64,000 nt of DNA from Candidatus Poribacteria bacterium (GTDB lineage: Bacteria; Poribacteria; WGA-4E; WGA-3G), in contig CBDANF010000003.1 in assembly GCA_965197475.1 (NCBI GenBank), positions 864,001 to 928,000 of the forward strand, written 5' to 3'. Each line of letters opens with the position of its first letter. The stretch's first letter is position 1. The notes under the pieces were generated by a model. That model was not told where the DNA came from. It saw only the letters and a list, made by a program, of their open reading frames with translations, and did not search any database. A program made the position numbers and the translations under genes. Positions 28,542-38,818 of the stretch are shown in pieces.

Positions 28542-30503
28542 CTAATCTCCTGCACTTGCAGGCGAATGTTCAGGCTGCGCTTGCGGTATCCAATCGGATT
28601 CTTCACCGGGAACGCTGTATTCATAGGGACCACGGTAAACAGTTGGAATTTGGGCAAAATTGCCGTGTGGCACGGGTGTCGGTGCCTCCCATTCCAACGT
28701 GTTGACATGCCATGGATTCTTTTCAGCGACCTTACCACGGTACATGCTCCAGAAGAAGTTAAACAGCAAAATAAGTTGAACTGCTCCGAGTGTAAATGCA
28801 CTCATCGTAATAAAGATATTCATTCCTTCAAACCCTTGTAGATACTCGGTCTGTAACGGATTATCTATGCGGCGTCTATGTAAACCTACGCCGAGAATGT
28901 GCATAGGAAAGAAGGTACAGTTGAAGGCAATGAACGTCAACCAAAAATGAATTTTGCACAATAAATCGTTCATATAGCGACCATACATTTTCGGGAACCA
29001 GAAGATGATACCGCCAAAGATCGCAAACAAACTTCCGCCAAAAACGACATAGTGAATATGTGCCACAATGAAGTATGTGTCGTGGATAGCAATATCAACA
29101 GGTGTGTTTGCCATATAGATACCACTGAGTCCGCCAATCACAAACATGGACACAAATGCTATAGCGTGAAGCATCGGCGTTGCAAACCGAATTGAACCGC
29201 GGTACATAGTGCCAAGCCAGTTAAATGTCTTAATGGCTGAAGGCACCGCGATGAGCATCGTTGTGGTCATAAAGAAAGCACCCATTCCGGGTTGCATGCC
29301 ACTTTGGAACATGTGGTGTCCCCAGACAACCCATCCCAAAAACGCAATTGCGATCATCGCGTAGACCATAGACCGATAACCGAAAATCGGTTTACGTGAA
29401 AAGACTGCTACCAATTCGGAAGCAATACCCATCCCCGGTAGAATGAGGATGTATACTTCGGGGTGACCAAAGAACCAGAACAAGTGTTGCCAGAGGAGCG
29501 GATCACCACCTCCTTCAGCCGTAGGGGTGAAGAATGTGGTTCCCGCAAGTCTATCGAAAATGAGAAGTGCTAAAGCGGAAGACAGGACGGGGAAAGCAAG
29601 AAGCAACAGGATCGCAACGATGAAAAGTGACCAAATGACCAACGGAAGTCTAAAGAACGTCATCCCCGGTGCGCGCATGTTGATAATTGTGGTGATATAG
29701 TTAATTGAACCCACTAATGAAGAGAATCCTTGTATCAACAAACTGATTGCCCATAAGTTCATCCCCCAACCAACACCTGTCCATGTTGGATCAACCGATA
29801 ACGGCGCATAACCTGTCCAACCCGCTGATGCATGACCACCCGGCACGAAAAACCCTGCTACCATGACGATTGCAGCAAGCACGGCAAGCCAAAAAGAGAG
29901 CATGTTGAGAACAGGAAACGCCATATCCCGTGTGCCGATCATCAGTGGAATCAGGAAATTTCCGAAGGCACCAACCAAAATGGGCACAACTACAAAGAAC
30001 ACCATTATGGTCGCATGCATCGTAAACAACATGTTATAAAATTCACCCGTCATCACCCCGCCCGGAAGGTACGCCTCAATCCATTCTGTTTCCTCGGATT
30101 CAAAAATATTTGTCCACATTCTGTCAGCCCAGGTTACGGCTTCACCGGTCTCCTGAAATTCATCAGAGACACCGATGATAGGTAACGGTTTTGCACCCCT
30201 TCCTGGCTGTCCTTCTAACTCCGGTATTTCTGGGTATGCGAGTTGCCATCTAAAGAGCATCGCAAGTCCGCCGCCAAGAAACAACATTAGCAGCCCATAA
30301 ATCAGGAACTGCTTACCGATCATCTTGTGGTCAAGCGAAAAGATATATTTTCTAATAAAACCTTCTTCATGATGATGTGCATGGGCATCGTGATGGTCAC
30401 CATTATGCTCAGGAGCATGCGCTGCTACGTCATTATCTTCATGCACAGCATCATGATTTTCATCGTTGTCGTGTTCATGTGACATATTTTCGTTTTCTTG
30501 CAT
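28542..30503 (-). CDS. ctaD: Cytochrome c oxidase subunit I, type A1, with a His-rich N-terminus
   Basis: DHKMIG, TMHATIM, GHPEVY, WGHHMF, HDTYFIVAHIH; AAGGAG RBS before ATG 30503. Confidence 0.96.
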   Translation of the reverse strand: MQENENMSHEHDNDENHDAVHEDNDVAAHAPEHNGDHHDAHAHHHEEGFIRKYIFSLDHKMIGKQFLIYGLLMLFLGGGLAMLFRWQLAYPEIPELEGQPGRGAKPLPIIGVSDEFQETGEAVTWADRMWTNIFESEETEWIEAYLPGGVMTGEFYNMLFTMHATIMVFFVVVPILVGAFGNFLIPLMIGTRDMAFPVLNMLSFWLAVLAAIVMVAGFFVPGGHASAGWTGYAPLSVDPTWTGVGWGMNLWAISLLIQGFSSLVGSINYITTIINMRAPGMTFFRLPLVIWSLFIVAILLLLAFPVLSSALALLIFDRLAGTTFFTPTAEGGGDPLLWQHLFWFFGHPEVYILILPGMGIASELVAVFSRKPIFGYRSMVYAMIAIAFLGWVVWGHHMFQSGMQPGMGAFFMTTTMLIAVPSAIKTFNWLGTMYRGSIRFATPMLHAIAFVSMFVIGGLSGIYMANTPVDIAIHDTYFIVAHIHYVVFGGSLFAIFGGIIFWFPKMYGRYMNDLLCKIHFWLTFIAFNCTFFPMHILGVGLHRRRIDNPLQTEYLQGFEGMNIFITMSAFTLGAVQLILLFNFFWSMYRGKVAEKNPWHVNTLEWEAPTPVPHGNFAQIPTVYRGPYEYSVPGEESDWIPQAQPEHSPASAGD

Positions 30504-30574
30504 AGTTATTTTAACTCCTTCTGCGACCCAGGCAAGCATAAGGTTAGCTTGGTTTTAGGTCATCTCCGCAGAAT

Positions 30575-31435
30575 TTACTGAGGCCACCTTTCTGCTTTCC
30601 AAGCATCGTAGCCAGCTTGCGTATGTACATTGAGGTATCCAATCATCCCGGAGTGTCCAAATCCACAGAGTTCGGCACACGGAATTTCATAACGCCACAC
30701 CTTTACATTGAGTTGTTTCACATCTGCTTTGTTGTAAGTATTGAGTTCGTCAGCAACCTTGAGTGTCAAGGTATCATCAGTTTCCAGAACAATGTTACCG
30801 GTTACTGGCGGCGTATTCGGATCAGCGAACGTTAGCGTTCCCGTATAGCATCCTTTCTTTCTCACGTTTTCGAGGTTTACAATCGGTCCCTCCTCCAAAT
30901 CTGTATCAAACCAAACATTAATAGATCTGCCGGGAAGTGCGTCCTGTTTCAGGCGCAATTGCGGCACGAAAAAACTGTGGATAACATCTTTAGCGGTTAA
31001 ACGGACATGTACGATCTTATTAGCAGGTACATGCAAGTGACTTTCCAACTCAAGGTCGTCATCCGTTCCTAATTCGTTATCCGGACCGGGATAGATCATA
31101 TACCAATTAAATTGCTCACCTCTGACTTGAACCACAACATCGGGATTCTCAGGAAACTCCGATGGAGATTTAATCTTATTCCACTGTGGATAACTAAGCA
31201 TCGCCAATCCGAACACAATTACAGTAGTAGCCGCAGTCCAGATGATTTCAAGCTTCGTACTTCCTTCAATGTACTCAGCGCGATGTCCTTCCCGATGACG
31301 GTATTTAATAAGGAATGTTATAAGTGTCACCATCACAAGGACAAACGCTACCAAGGTGATCCAATAAATAAGTGTGAAGAGGTTATCAACGCCCTTCCCG
31401 AACGTTGAAATGTTTTCTGGGAGCCATCGAAGCAT
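30575..31435 (-). CDS. ctaC: Cytochrome c oxidase subunit II (CuA) with an inserted domain
   Basis: LEIIWT, DVIHSF, KQDALPG, CAELCGFGHSGM; about 65 extra aa before the CuA motif. Confidence 0.93.
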   Translation of the reverse strand: MLRWLPENISTFGKGVDNLFTLIYWITLVAFVLVMVTLITFLIKYRHREGHRAEYIEGSTKLEIIWTAATTVIVFGLAMLSYPQWNKIKSPSEFPENPDVVVQVRGEQFNWYMIYPGPDNELGTDDDLELESHLHVPANKIVHVRLTAKDVIHSFFVPQLRLKQDALPGRSINVWFDTDLEEGPIVNLENVRKKGCYTGTLTFADPNTPPVTGNIVLETDDTLTLKVADELNTYNKADVKQLNVKVWRYEIPCAELCGFGHSGMIGYLNVHTQAGYDAWKAERWPQ

Positions 31436-31516
31436 TAAATTCTCCTTAACAGGTGCGCAAAAGGCGAGTTTTACAGCCTCATTCGGAAAAAAGCGCACTA
31501 AAATTATTCTTATAGT

Positions 31517-32299
31517 TCAATTCGTTTGGGAGGACGCAGTAAACGTAGCCCCCAAATAAGTCAATACACAAAACACACCGGTAATCATTATAGAGAGCGT
31601 CCACGACGGCATTTCGCCAACCGTCGTTAAGGTATTTTTGTAAAGGCTATGGCGAAAAGCTGCAAGTCCATAAGTTAAAGGATTCAGTTTCATTACCCAT
31701 CCCAACCAACCGGGCGTTCCAGCACTTGGAAAAAACGCACCGGACAACAGCCATATCGGAATGAGTATCAGGTTCATAACAGCATGAAAACCTTGCGTAG
31801 AGTCCATTCTCCAAGCAATCAGTAAACCCAGGTTTGTCAAACCAAAGGCTAAGAGGGTCATCACACCTAATGTAGTGAGAAGTGATGTTACCCCAAATCG
31901 GATTCCAGTTAGTGGGGCAAGGAATAACAAAAGTAATCCTTGAAGTAATGCTAAAGTCGTTCCTCCTAATGCTTGCCCAAGGACAATACCCCATCTCGAC
32001 ACTGGCGCAACGAGTACACCCTGCAAAAATCCTTCTCGCCGCTCATTCACAACCGAGATTGTAGCAAAAATGGCTGTAAAAAGCAACACTAAAACAACGA
32101 TACCAGGGTAGAAATACTCTATGTAACCTTGTTTCTCTGAATCTCCAAATGGTTGGAATGATGCACTCAAACCACTTCCGATTAGAATCCAAAATACTAA
32201 GGGTTGTGCAATCGCACTAAAGAGTCTGCTCCTTTGTCGAAAAAACCTGATGATCTCACGCCACCATATCGTTGTAACTGGTAGCAAAACGCTCAACAT
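31517..32299 (-). CDS. ABC-2 type transporter permease
   Basis: ERREGFLQGVLVAP, LSGAFFP, NPLTY. Confidence 0.9.
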   Translation of the reverse strand: MLSVLLPVTTIWWREIIRFFRQRSRLFSAIAQPLVFWILIGSGLSASFQPFGDSEKQGYIEYFYPGIVVLVLLFTAIFATISVVNERREGFLQGVLVAPVSRWGIVLGQALGGTTLALLQGLLLLFLAPLTGIRFGVTSLLTTLGVMTLLAFGLTNLGLLIAWRMDSTQGFHAVMNLILIPIWLLSGAFFPSAGTPGWLGWVMKLNPLTYGLAAFRHSLYKNTLTTVGEMPSWTLSIMITGVFCVLTYLGATFTASSQTN

Positions 32300-32310
32300 T
32301 TCGCTATCCC

Positions 32311-33231
32311 CTAAACAAAAGGGTTTCCTGTTAACTTGATGAATACGTCCTCTAATGTCGGTTTACCGAACCGAACCGCTTGAATCTCATCAGGGAATGC
32401 TGCGACAACATCTCTAACAAACTCATGTGCACTTTCACATTCAATGCGCAAACAGTTCTCTGTTAATACTGGAAAAACATCAAACCTGTCAGCAATTGCG
32501 GTACTGAGTGTTTCGCTGTTATCGCTTTCTATCAGAACAACATCACCACCAATTTGAGCCTTGAGTTCGTCAGGTGTTCCGAGGGCAACTAACCTACTGC
32601 TATCCAAAATACCTACTCGGTTAGACAACTCCGCTTCATCCAAAAGATGTGTTGTCAGTAGAACAAGGATATTTTCCGTTTTCACAAGTAAACTCAGATA
32701 GTCGCTCAGTTGTCTTCGGACACCAACATCCAGTCCACTACTCGGTTCATCAAGAAGCAAAACGCGTGGGGCATGGAGCATCGCTTTTGCGATTTCAACC
32801 CGTCTTTGTAAACCTCCGGACAACTCTTCAACAAGGTCATCTGCTCTATCTTTGATGTCAAACTTTTCAAGAAATTCTGAAATTCGGTTGTTCAGATTTT
32901 TACCTTTTAATCCATAGAGATGACCGTGATGTCGTAAATTCTCCTTAACAGTGAGTTTGACATCTAATCCGGGACGTTGAAAAACAACCCCTAATAATTT
33001 CCGAATTGCTTTTGCGTCAATGCTCAAGTCGTGTCCGAAAATTTTCACACTCCCGGACGTTGGCGGCATCAATGTAGACAGAATCTTAAAAAGAGTTGTT
33101 TTTCCACTACCGTTCGGACCGAGAAAACATAAAATCTCGCCACTTGATACGGTGAAACTTACATTGTCCAATGCACAACGTGTGTCGTAGGTGTGCGTCA
33201 GATTTTCGACCGTAATCGTATTTTCACTCAC
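32311..33231 (-). CDS. ABC transporter ATP-binding protein
   Basis: GPNGSGKTT, LSGG, LLLDEP, TTH, PTLEDVF. Confidence 0.93.
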   Translation of the reverse strand: MSENTITVENLTHTYDTRCALDNVSFTVSSGEILCFLGPNGSGKTTLFKILSTLMPPTSGSVKIFGHDLSIDAKAIRKLLGVVFQRPGLDVKLTVKENLRHHGHLYGLKGKNLNNRISEFLEKFDIKDRADDLVEELSGGLQRRVEIAKAMLHAPRVLLLDEPSSGLDVGVRRQLSDYLSLLVKTENILVLLTTHLLDEAELSNRVGILDSSRLVALGTPDELKAQIGGDVVLIESDNSETLSTAIADRFDVFPVLTENCLRIECESAHEFVRDVVAAFPDEIQAVRFGKPTLEDVFIKLTGNPFV

Positions 33232-34022
33232 TTAGATTCTTTTAGTTTTAGCGTGAAATCCAGCTTGACCTCTCCACCAGCAGCGATCGTGACAGTTTGA
33301 GGTTCCTTGTTATTGGTACCGCATGCTTCATGCCAATAACCTAATTTATAGGTTCCTGGTGGAACATCTTTAAGTGTGAATTCACCCTTTTCGTTCGTCA
33401 CAGCAAAGTAGGGGTGTGGGACATAAGCGACCCAAGCCTTCATCCAGCCATGGATATCACATTTCACTTCAACTGGACCTTCCGCTTTGGCTATACCTTT
33501 GAGTCGTAACTTCTTGATCATCCTCGTCTGCTGTTTATTAATATCATCATCAGCAAGCGTGATATGCACATTATGAGTAACCTTATCGTTATTCAGCATC
33601 GTGAGGCGAGCACCGACAGGAATGATCTGGACGTGCGGGGTGAATTTACATCCTTTCTGATCAATTTCTGGTTTTTTCGCTTCAGCGTCAAAGTCTTTGC
33701 CTGCTGAAATGTTCATCAGATAGACGACCGTATTTTTTAATGTTTTACCTTCACCGACAACAACAGATTCATCAAATTTTTCTGTAGCACCACAGACCAC
33801 TTCATCTTTCGTGATTTCCAGTTTTTTCATTTCAGGTACTTCGCCTTCAAACTTAACGACACCGCTGATTTTTCCACCATTGTTAACAGCCATGGTTTTA
33901 TATGATTTGGGAAAAACAATTTTATTCATATCTTCTTCTTTTTCGTGCTGGTCTGCAAACACAATCAGACCGAAGCAGCACGCGAGAAGAACTGTAAGAT
34001 ATGCGAACATTTTAGTTTTCAT
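33228..34022 (-). CDS. Exported cupredoxin-like / carboxypeptidase-regulatory-like domain protein
   Basis: Signal peptide, DQKGCKFTPHV, HNVH, CDIHGWM, VPPGTY. Confidence 0.75.
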   Translation of the reverse strand: MKTKMFAYLTVLLACCFGLIVFADQHEKEEDMNKIVFPKSYKTMAVNNGGKISGVVKFEGEVPEMKKLEITKDEVVCGATEKFDESVVVGEGKTLKNTVVYLMNISAGKDFDAEAKKPEIDQKGCKFTPHVQIIPVGARLTMLNNDKVTHNVHITLADDDINKQQTRMIKKLRLKGIAKAEGPVEVKCDIHGWMKAWVAYVPHPYFAVTNEKGEFTLKDVPPGTYKLGYWHEACGTNNKEPQTVTIAAGGEVKLDFTLKLKESK

Positions 34023-34177
34023 TTTTTATCTCCTTTATTGACGCACATATTTGAATCGCTGATTTCCCACCATACATCAGGTGATAATTTTGCGTCCAAT
34101 GGTGCATCTTGATGAAGTTCCAAAATATAATTAAGGTTAGGGAACATCGCTGCTCCAGTTATTTTGATTCAATTGAA

Positions 34178-35887
34178 TTATGTATTTCTTCGCTGTACGG
34201 ACTCTCGTAGACCAATCAGTAAACCAAAAGAAAGAAGAGCCACTAACGGGGGATAAATAAACCTTTTTGATGAAGGAACCGGTTCAAGAACAAAAGTATA
34301 CCAACTTGAGATAACTCGTTTCGTGTCAACATCACCATTTGCGCCATCCCAGGCAGAAAAGGCGATAGGCACAAATACAGCGGGTTCAATCTGTAGGTCT
34401 TTCTTATCATCTGTTTTCAAGGCACGTTTAACCCATAACCTATACTGTCCATCAGTATATTTACCCTCTATCTGAATGTCGCCTTGAACCTCTTGATCCT
34501 CAGCTTTGTTGATACCCTTTGCAGTGAGTTCCGTAATCTTATCAGCATCAGATGCTTTCCACTGCCACAAGTAGACCGGGAGTTTTCCGCCCCAAAGGAA
34601 ATAAGGTTTTGGATCTGTGGGACTTTTCGGCACCTTTACCGGAAACTGAATTGTCAACCCATCTACATAAATTTTGCCAATCTCTTCGTTCTCTTTGACC
34701 GCGGTATTGTGTGTTCTGTCATCCCATGTAAAAAGGAATGCGATCTCTGTGTCATTGTAAAAAGATTTGACGTTAACCGAGTCAATTGTCGGATTAAACT
34801 GTCTCGGTTCAATAATAATCTGCCCAACAAGTGGAAAGTAGCTTGAATCAAGCGTCCCCCAGGCAGCATCGGCTAATGCTGGCAAATCACCTGTAACGTA
34901 TTGTGATCTAAGCACGTTGTTGCCAATCGCTGGCTCAGGACGTTTTTCAGGGACAAGAGATTTGACATAGTTTGCAAGATGCCAACTTTTTTCATAGACC
35001 ACCTTCATTGCATCATCATAGATTTTTTGAGCTTCAGGGGTTAATTCCATGCCCTCAGCACGATCAAGTGCAGCGTCAATTGCGTTTTCAATTTTCTCTG
35101 AATACTTCTCGTATTCAGATTCCTCATCTGGGGTTATCTCATCTTTGTTCTCTAATTCTGCAACGCGTTTAGATTCTTCTGGTGTCAATCCGAAATGATA
35201 GAAACTGTCGCCTTCAAATGCGGGCATTGGCGACCCCGCAATTCCGCCGATGAATCGCTTAAAGATGTCTTCGGGATCAGACCCGCCCCGGTAATTCCAA
35301 CTCTCAGTAAGATTGGCAGGCCAGGTTTTGAAATCCCAACTATCTGTTAGTGTTGGTGCTGATGTACCATCGCCTCTTCCCACATTCCCATGACATTCAA
35401 TGCAACCGAGTTCGGTGTACAACACCTTTCCAATTTCCACACTCTCTTTAGAGTATGCAATTTTACCTTCCAAACTAATTTGCCGTGGTGGAGTTTCACG
35501 TTCCTTGAACCCATCATAAAAAGTTTTAATATATGCTACTACTTCCCAACGCTCGTTGGCACTTAGAGATGTTTCCCATTCCGGCATTGACGATCCGGGC
35601 ATTCCTTTGGTAATGATATCAAATAAATCCTGATCGGTTGGAAGTTGACCACTTTCTGTAGAGCGAATCTTATACAACCCACGTGTGAAATCTCTGGGTC
35701 TCGGTAACAGATTTTCAGCTGCGCTTCCATCTCCACGACCTTCCGTCCCGTGGCAATGTGCGCAACTTTCCTCATAAACCTCTTTTCCTTTCTCAGAGAC
35801 TTCAGGAGCATCCTGCGCAAATGTTACGTTAAAAACAGCAAGTAAACCTAAAATCATGACTAAGAGAATAACAATTTTGTTTCTCAT
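34178..35887 (-). CDS. Diheme cytochrome c fused to an ethylbenzene-dehydrogenase-gamma-like heme b domain, with C-terminal TM anchor
   Basis: CAHCH and CIECH, PRDFT and PANLT; C-terminal FTWDD...QFP...YLWQW...AFSAWDG. Confidence 0.8.
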   Translation of the reverse strand: MRNKIVILLVMILGLLAVFNVTFAQDAPEVSEKGKEVYEESCAHCHGTEGRGDGSAAENLLPRPRDFTRGLYKIRSTESGQLPTDQDLFDIITKGMPGSSMPEWETSLSANERWEVVAYIKTFYDGFKERETPPRQISLEGKIAYSKESVEIGKVLYTELGCIECHGNVGRGDGTSAPTLTDSWDFKTWPANLTESWNYRGGSDPEDIFKRFIGGIAGSPMPAFEGDSFYHFGLTPEESKRVAELENKDEITPDEESEYEKYSEKIENAIDAALDRAEGMELTPEAQKIYDDAMKVVYEKSWHLANYVKSLVPEKRPEPAIGNNVLRSQYVTGDLPALADAAWGTLDSSYFPLVGQIIIEPRQFNPTIDSVNVKSFYNDTEIAFLFTWDDRTHNTAVKENEEIGKIYVDGLTIQFPVKVPKSPTDPKPYFLWGGKLPVYLWQWKASDADKITELTAKGINKAEDQEVQGDIQIEGKYTDGQYRLWVKRALKTDDKKDLQIEPAVFVPIAFSAWDGANGDVDTKRVISSWYTFVLEPVPSSKRFIYPPLVALLSFGLLIGLRESVQRRNT

Positions 35888-35888
35888 T

Positions 35889-36665
35889 TTAGTGTCCCTC
35901 GGCGCGCGGCATATTTCCTGTATAGTCGGATAGGAACAGGATAACGTCCCAAATTTCGTCTTGAGTTAGGTGGTCTTCCCAGATAGGCATAGCAGAATTC
36001 CACGGCGTGCCAGATGGAGGTAACCCAGGCCCACCTTTACTAATTCGCCAAAAAAGATATGATTCCTGCAAAATTGGAATGATACCTACGTCTTGGAAAT
36101 TCGCTGGTAACGGATTCAGCGCGTGAGCAAAATGTCCTTGCCCATCAAGATGATCTCCGTGACAAAAAAAGCAGTTTTTATAATATACACTTCTTCCATT
36201 TTCCACATGTGACTTGAATTCTTCCGGGTTATCTTTTTCCAAATGCCGATAGGGATTCTCTACCTCCTGCATTGTCCCGATGACCTTATCTTTATATGTC
36301 AATTTGAATTCGGATGGTGGGGCGGGGTGTGCAACCCGTGGATCTCCCGCTGGATTGGCTTTTTGTGCGATATTTGTGTAGGTATATCCGAGCATAAGGA
36401 GCGGAATCAATACTGCCAAAACGATACGCCGAACACGACGGTTCTCATCAACGAGCGTCTCGTGAACGGGGCGGAGGAATTCCCGAAATCTTGTGTCTTC
36501 AACGGAGACATGCACCAAAATGGCGATGAGGACTAACCCCATATACATCGCTATCACGCTGCTCGGTATCGGTTTTGAGATAACACCGCCAATGACGAAC
36601 TCCAAAAACACCCAACATGCGATGAAAATTATGAAACATATTGTGAAAAGTGATAGCCTTTTCAT
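35889..36665 (-). CDS. Membrane-anchored monoheme cytochrome c
   Basis: Three TM helices, CFFCH, YLFWRI, SAMP. Confidence 0.85.
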   Translation of the reverse strand: MKRLSLFTICFIIFIACWVFLEFVIGGVISKPIPSSVIAMYMGLVLIAILVHVSVEDTRFREFLRPVHETLVDENRRVRRIVLAVLIPLLMLGYTYTNIAQKANPAGDPRVAHPAPPSEFKLTYKDKVIGTMQEVENPYRHLEKDNPEEFKSHVENGRSVYYKNCFFCHGDHLDGQGHFAHALNPLPANFQDVGIIPILQESYLFWRISKGGPGLPPSGTPWNSAMPIWEDHLTQDEIWDVILFLSDYTGNMPRAEGH

Positions 36666-36714
36666 GGTTCTTCCTCTTATGCGTTTTTATTACTCCAAAG
36701 AATGTGTTGTTTAG

Positions 36715-38244
36715 TTATTCTGTTGTGGCTTCGTTAGAATCAACTGATGCTTCAGTTGATTCTGCGGATGCGTCAGCTGTTGCTGTTTCGCCTGTCAATG
36801 TGCTTAAGAAAGCAAGTAGATTCGCCATATCCGATACCGATAAGATAATCGGAAAATTATCTGGCATTGGGGACTTAACAAGCAACCTTTTGCCAAAAGC
36901 GGCTGCTATAATAGCCTCTTCTATATCAAACGGATCGAAACTCTCTTCACTTCCATCAACCATTAAGACGATCTTGTCATCCGTTTCCGATACATATTCC
37001 CCGACAGTCTGTACACTATCATAATCCGTGAGAGTCATCTGCTTTTTCACATCAGTTTTAGACACTGTTTGGGTCTCATCTCCAACTTTGAGCGTCACAG
37101 CATCGTCGGATTCCTCAACGATTTCGCCACTTACGGGTGTGTCTGATCCTGTTGGTGTTAGCGTTAATGTGAAATATCCTTTATCCTTTAGATTTGCAAG
37201 GTCTTCAATCGGCTCCTCATCAAATTCACTGAACAAGATAGTGTGTTCTTCTTCTGTCCCATCGTCGGCTTTTGTGCGGACAACAATCTTTTCAGCATCT
37301 TGTGAAACAAGTGTTCCTTCGTAAGTTGTCCCTTTAGCTTTAATTTTAACCGTACCGTAACCACTAACAATTTCTGCATGCGGTTTTAGGATTGATTCTT
37401 CAATATAACGCGGTTCGTTAAATGCAGCAATCTCTGAGAGTTCTGGAGCTGTGACGACTTCAAAGTCTTCATTTCCCTCTCCAGCTTTCGGATTTTCTAC
37501 ACCTTTTATCTCATGACAAGAAATACAAGCTGCCTCTATAAAAACCTTCTTCCCAGCCTCTGGATCGCCAGTGAGTAAAGGTGGAAGTGCTTCTGCTGTT
37601 GTCCCTATGTCTGCTCTATTAATTGGTTCAGCAAAAGGTTCTGGGTCAATTTCACCGCCTTGGCTTTGTAGAAATGCGATGACCGCTTGAATCTCTAACT
37701 TTGTGAGTGCGATCGGATTTTTCCAAACCTCAGGCATTATTTTTCCGTATCCAGGCACCAAATATTTGCTTGGTTCATAAAGAGATTCAATCAGATACGC
37801 TTTCGCACCCATGCCGGGCTGGCGGTTCGCCGCGTTAATACCGATATCTGTCAAATCAGGACATCTACCTTTCGGCGCAGAGGTATCCAGGGTGTGGCAC
37901 GCGCTACACTGTCCTTTTGCATTAAAGATGGCTGCACCAATTTCAACCACCGCATCGGGGTCACTCCAGTCTAATTCAGTCACTGGTCCAGATGCTGTTG
38001 ATGTGTCCGGCACTAATCCTGCTATAAACGCGTAACACCATATTATACCAAGCGAGAACGACACCAATTTCATGACAGGGAACCACACCACCATGTTCAC
38101 CAAGACTGAAATCGTAAACCAGACCGACCACGGTAATAAGTTTTCAGAACCGATTGGAAAAGCGGGTGCTTTCGCAATATAGGCGATGAAACTTACCACC
38201 ATTAAGATTAAACCTGCGATTTTTATGAGTGTATTTCTTGACAT
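36715..38244 (-). CDS. Membrane-anchored diheme cytochrome c with three inserted small beta-domains
   Basis: CSACH and CISCH; ESIL.P...GY...SPMP architecture with a repeated G-x-L/I/Y-V-x-Q/E insert. Confidence 0.85.
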   Translation of the reverse strand: MSRNTLIKIAGLILMVVSFIAYIAKAPAFPIGSENLLPWSVWFTISVLVNMVVWFPVMKLVSFSLGIIWCYAFIAGLVPDTSTASGPVTELDWSDPDAVVEIGAAIFNAKGQCSACHTLDTSAPKGRCPDLTDIGINAANRQPGMGAKAYLIESLYEPSKYLVPGYGKIMPEVWKNPIALTKLEIQAVIAFLQSQGGEIDPEPFAEPINRADIGTTAEALPPLLTGDPEAGKKVFIEAACISCHEIKGVENPKAGEGNEDFEVVTAPELSEIAAFNEPRYIEESILKPHAEIVSGYGTVKIKAKGTTYEGTLVSQDAEKIVVRTKADDGTEEEHTILFSEFDEEPIEDLANLKDKGYFTLTLTPTGSDTPVSGEIVEESDDAVTLKVGDETQTVSKTDVKKQMTLTDYDSVQTVGEYVSETDDKIVLMVDGSEESFDPFDIEEAIIAAAFGKRLLVKSPMPDNFPIILSVSDMANLLAFLSTLTGETATADASAESTEASVDSNEATTE

Positions 38245-38328
38245 TTATACGAAACTCCGATAACGGTTTTGAGAGAACAACTTTCCTGATAAAATAATGT
38301 GCGGACGCTGCTGTATCCTTAATCGGGG

Positions 38329-38802
38329 TTACCAACGCCTTTCCGTAGCAATTCTTCCCGCAAAAGTTCCTAACACTGTCGCCCACGGTGTTGCAATGCA
38401 CCCTGCAGTGAGAACCCCGGCAGTACAACCGAGGGATGCTGCATTTAGTGCATCTGTATTCCTTTGCCCTTTATAGTAAGCTACATAAAGGGCAATATAT
38501 TCAGGTGATTTGCCAACAAGGCGTGTCGGTGCCGGTGATGGTTCATAAAAATAAGCCCCTACAATGCCAAGGGAACCTAACAAGCAGCCGCCGCCTATCC
38601 CTAAACACAATCCGCCCGAACACCATAGCCATCTTTCAATTTTGGCATCAACAATTGCATCTGCTTTGGCGGTTTCAATAATCTGATGCTCGCGGTTGTC
38701 AGTTGTCATATAGTAAGTATCGGGAACACACCCAACTATCGAAAGCAATAGTATACTGAAGGCTACCAAAAGAAGCAAACTAACATCTTTCTTCTTTTTC
38801 AT
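38329..38802 (-). CDS. Hypothetical Gly/Cys-rich lipoprotein
   Basis: Lipobox IVGC and two Gly-rich hydrophobic segments. Confidence 0.6.
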   Translation of the reverse strand: MKKKKDVSLLLLVAFSILLLSIVGCVPDTYYMTTDNREHQIIETAKADAIVDAKIERWLWCSGGLCLGIGGGCLLGSLGIVGAYFYEPSPAPTRLVGKSPEYIALYVAYYKGQRNTDALNAASLGCTAGVLTAGCIATPWATVLGTFAGRIATERRW

Positions 38803-38818
38803 TTCAGTCCTCTATTAG

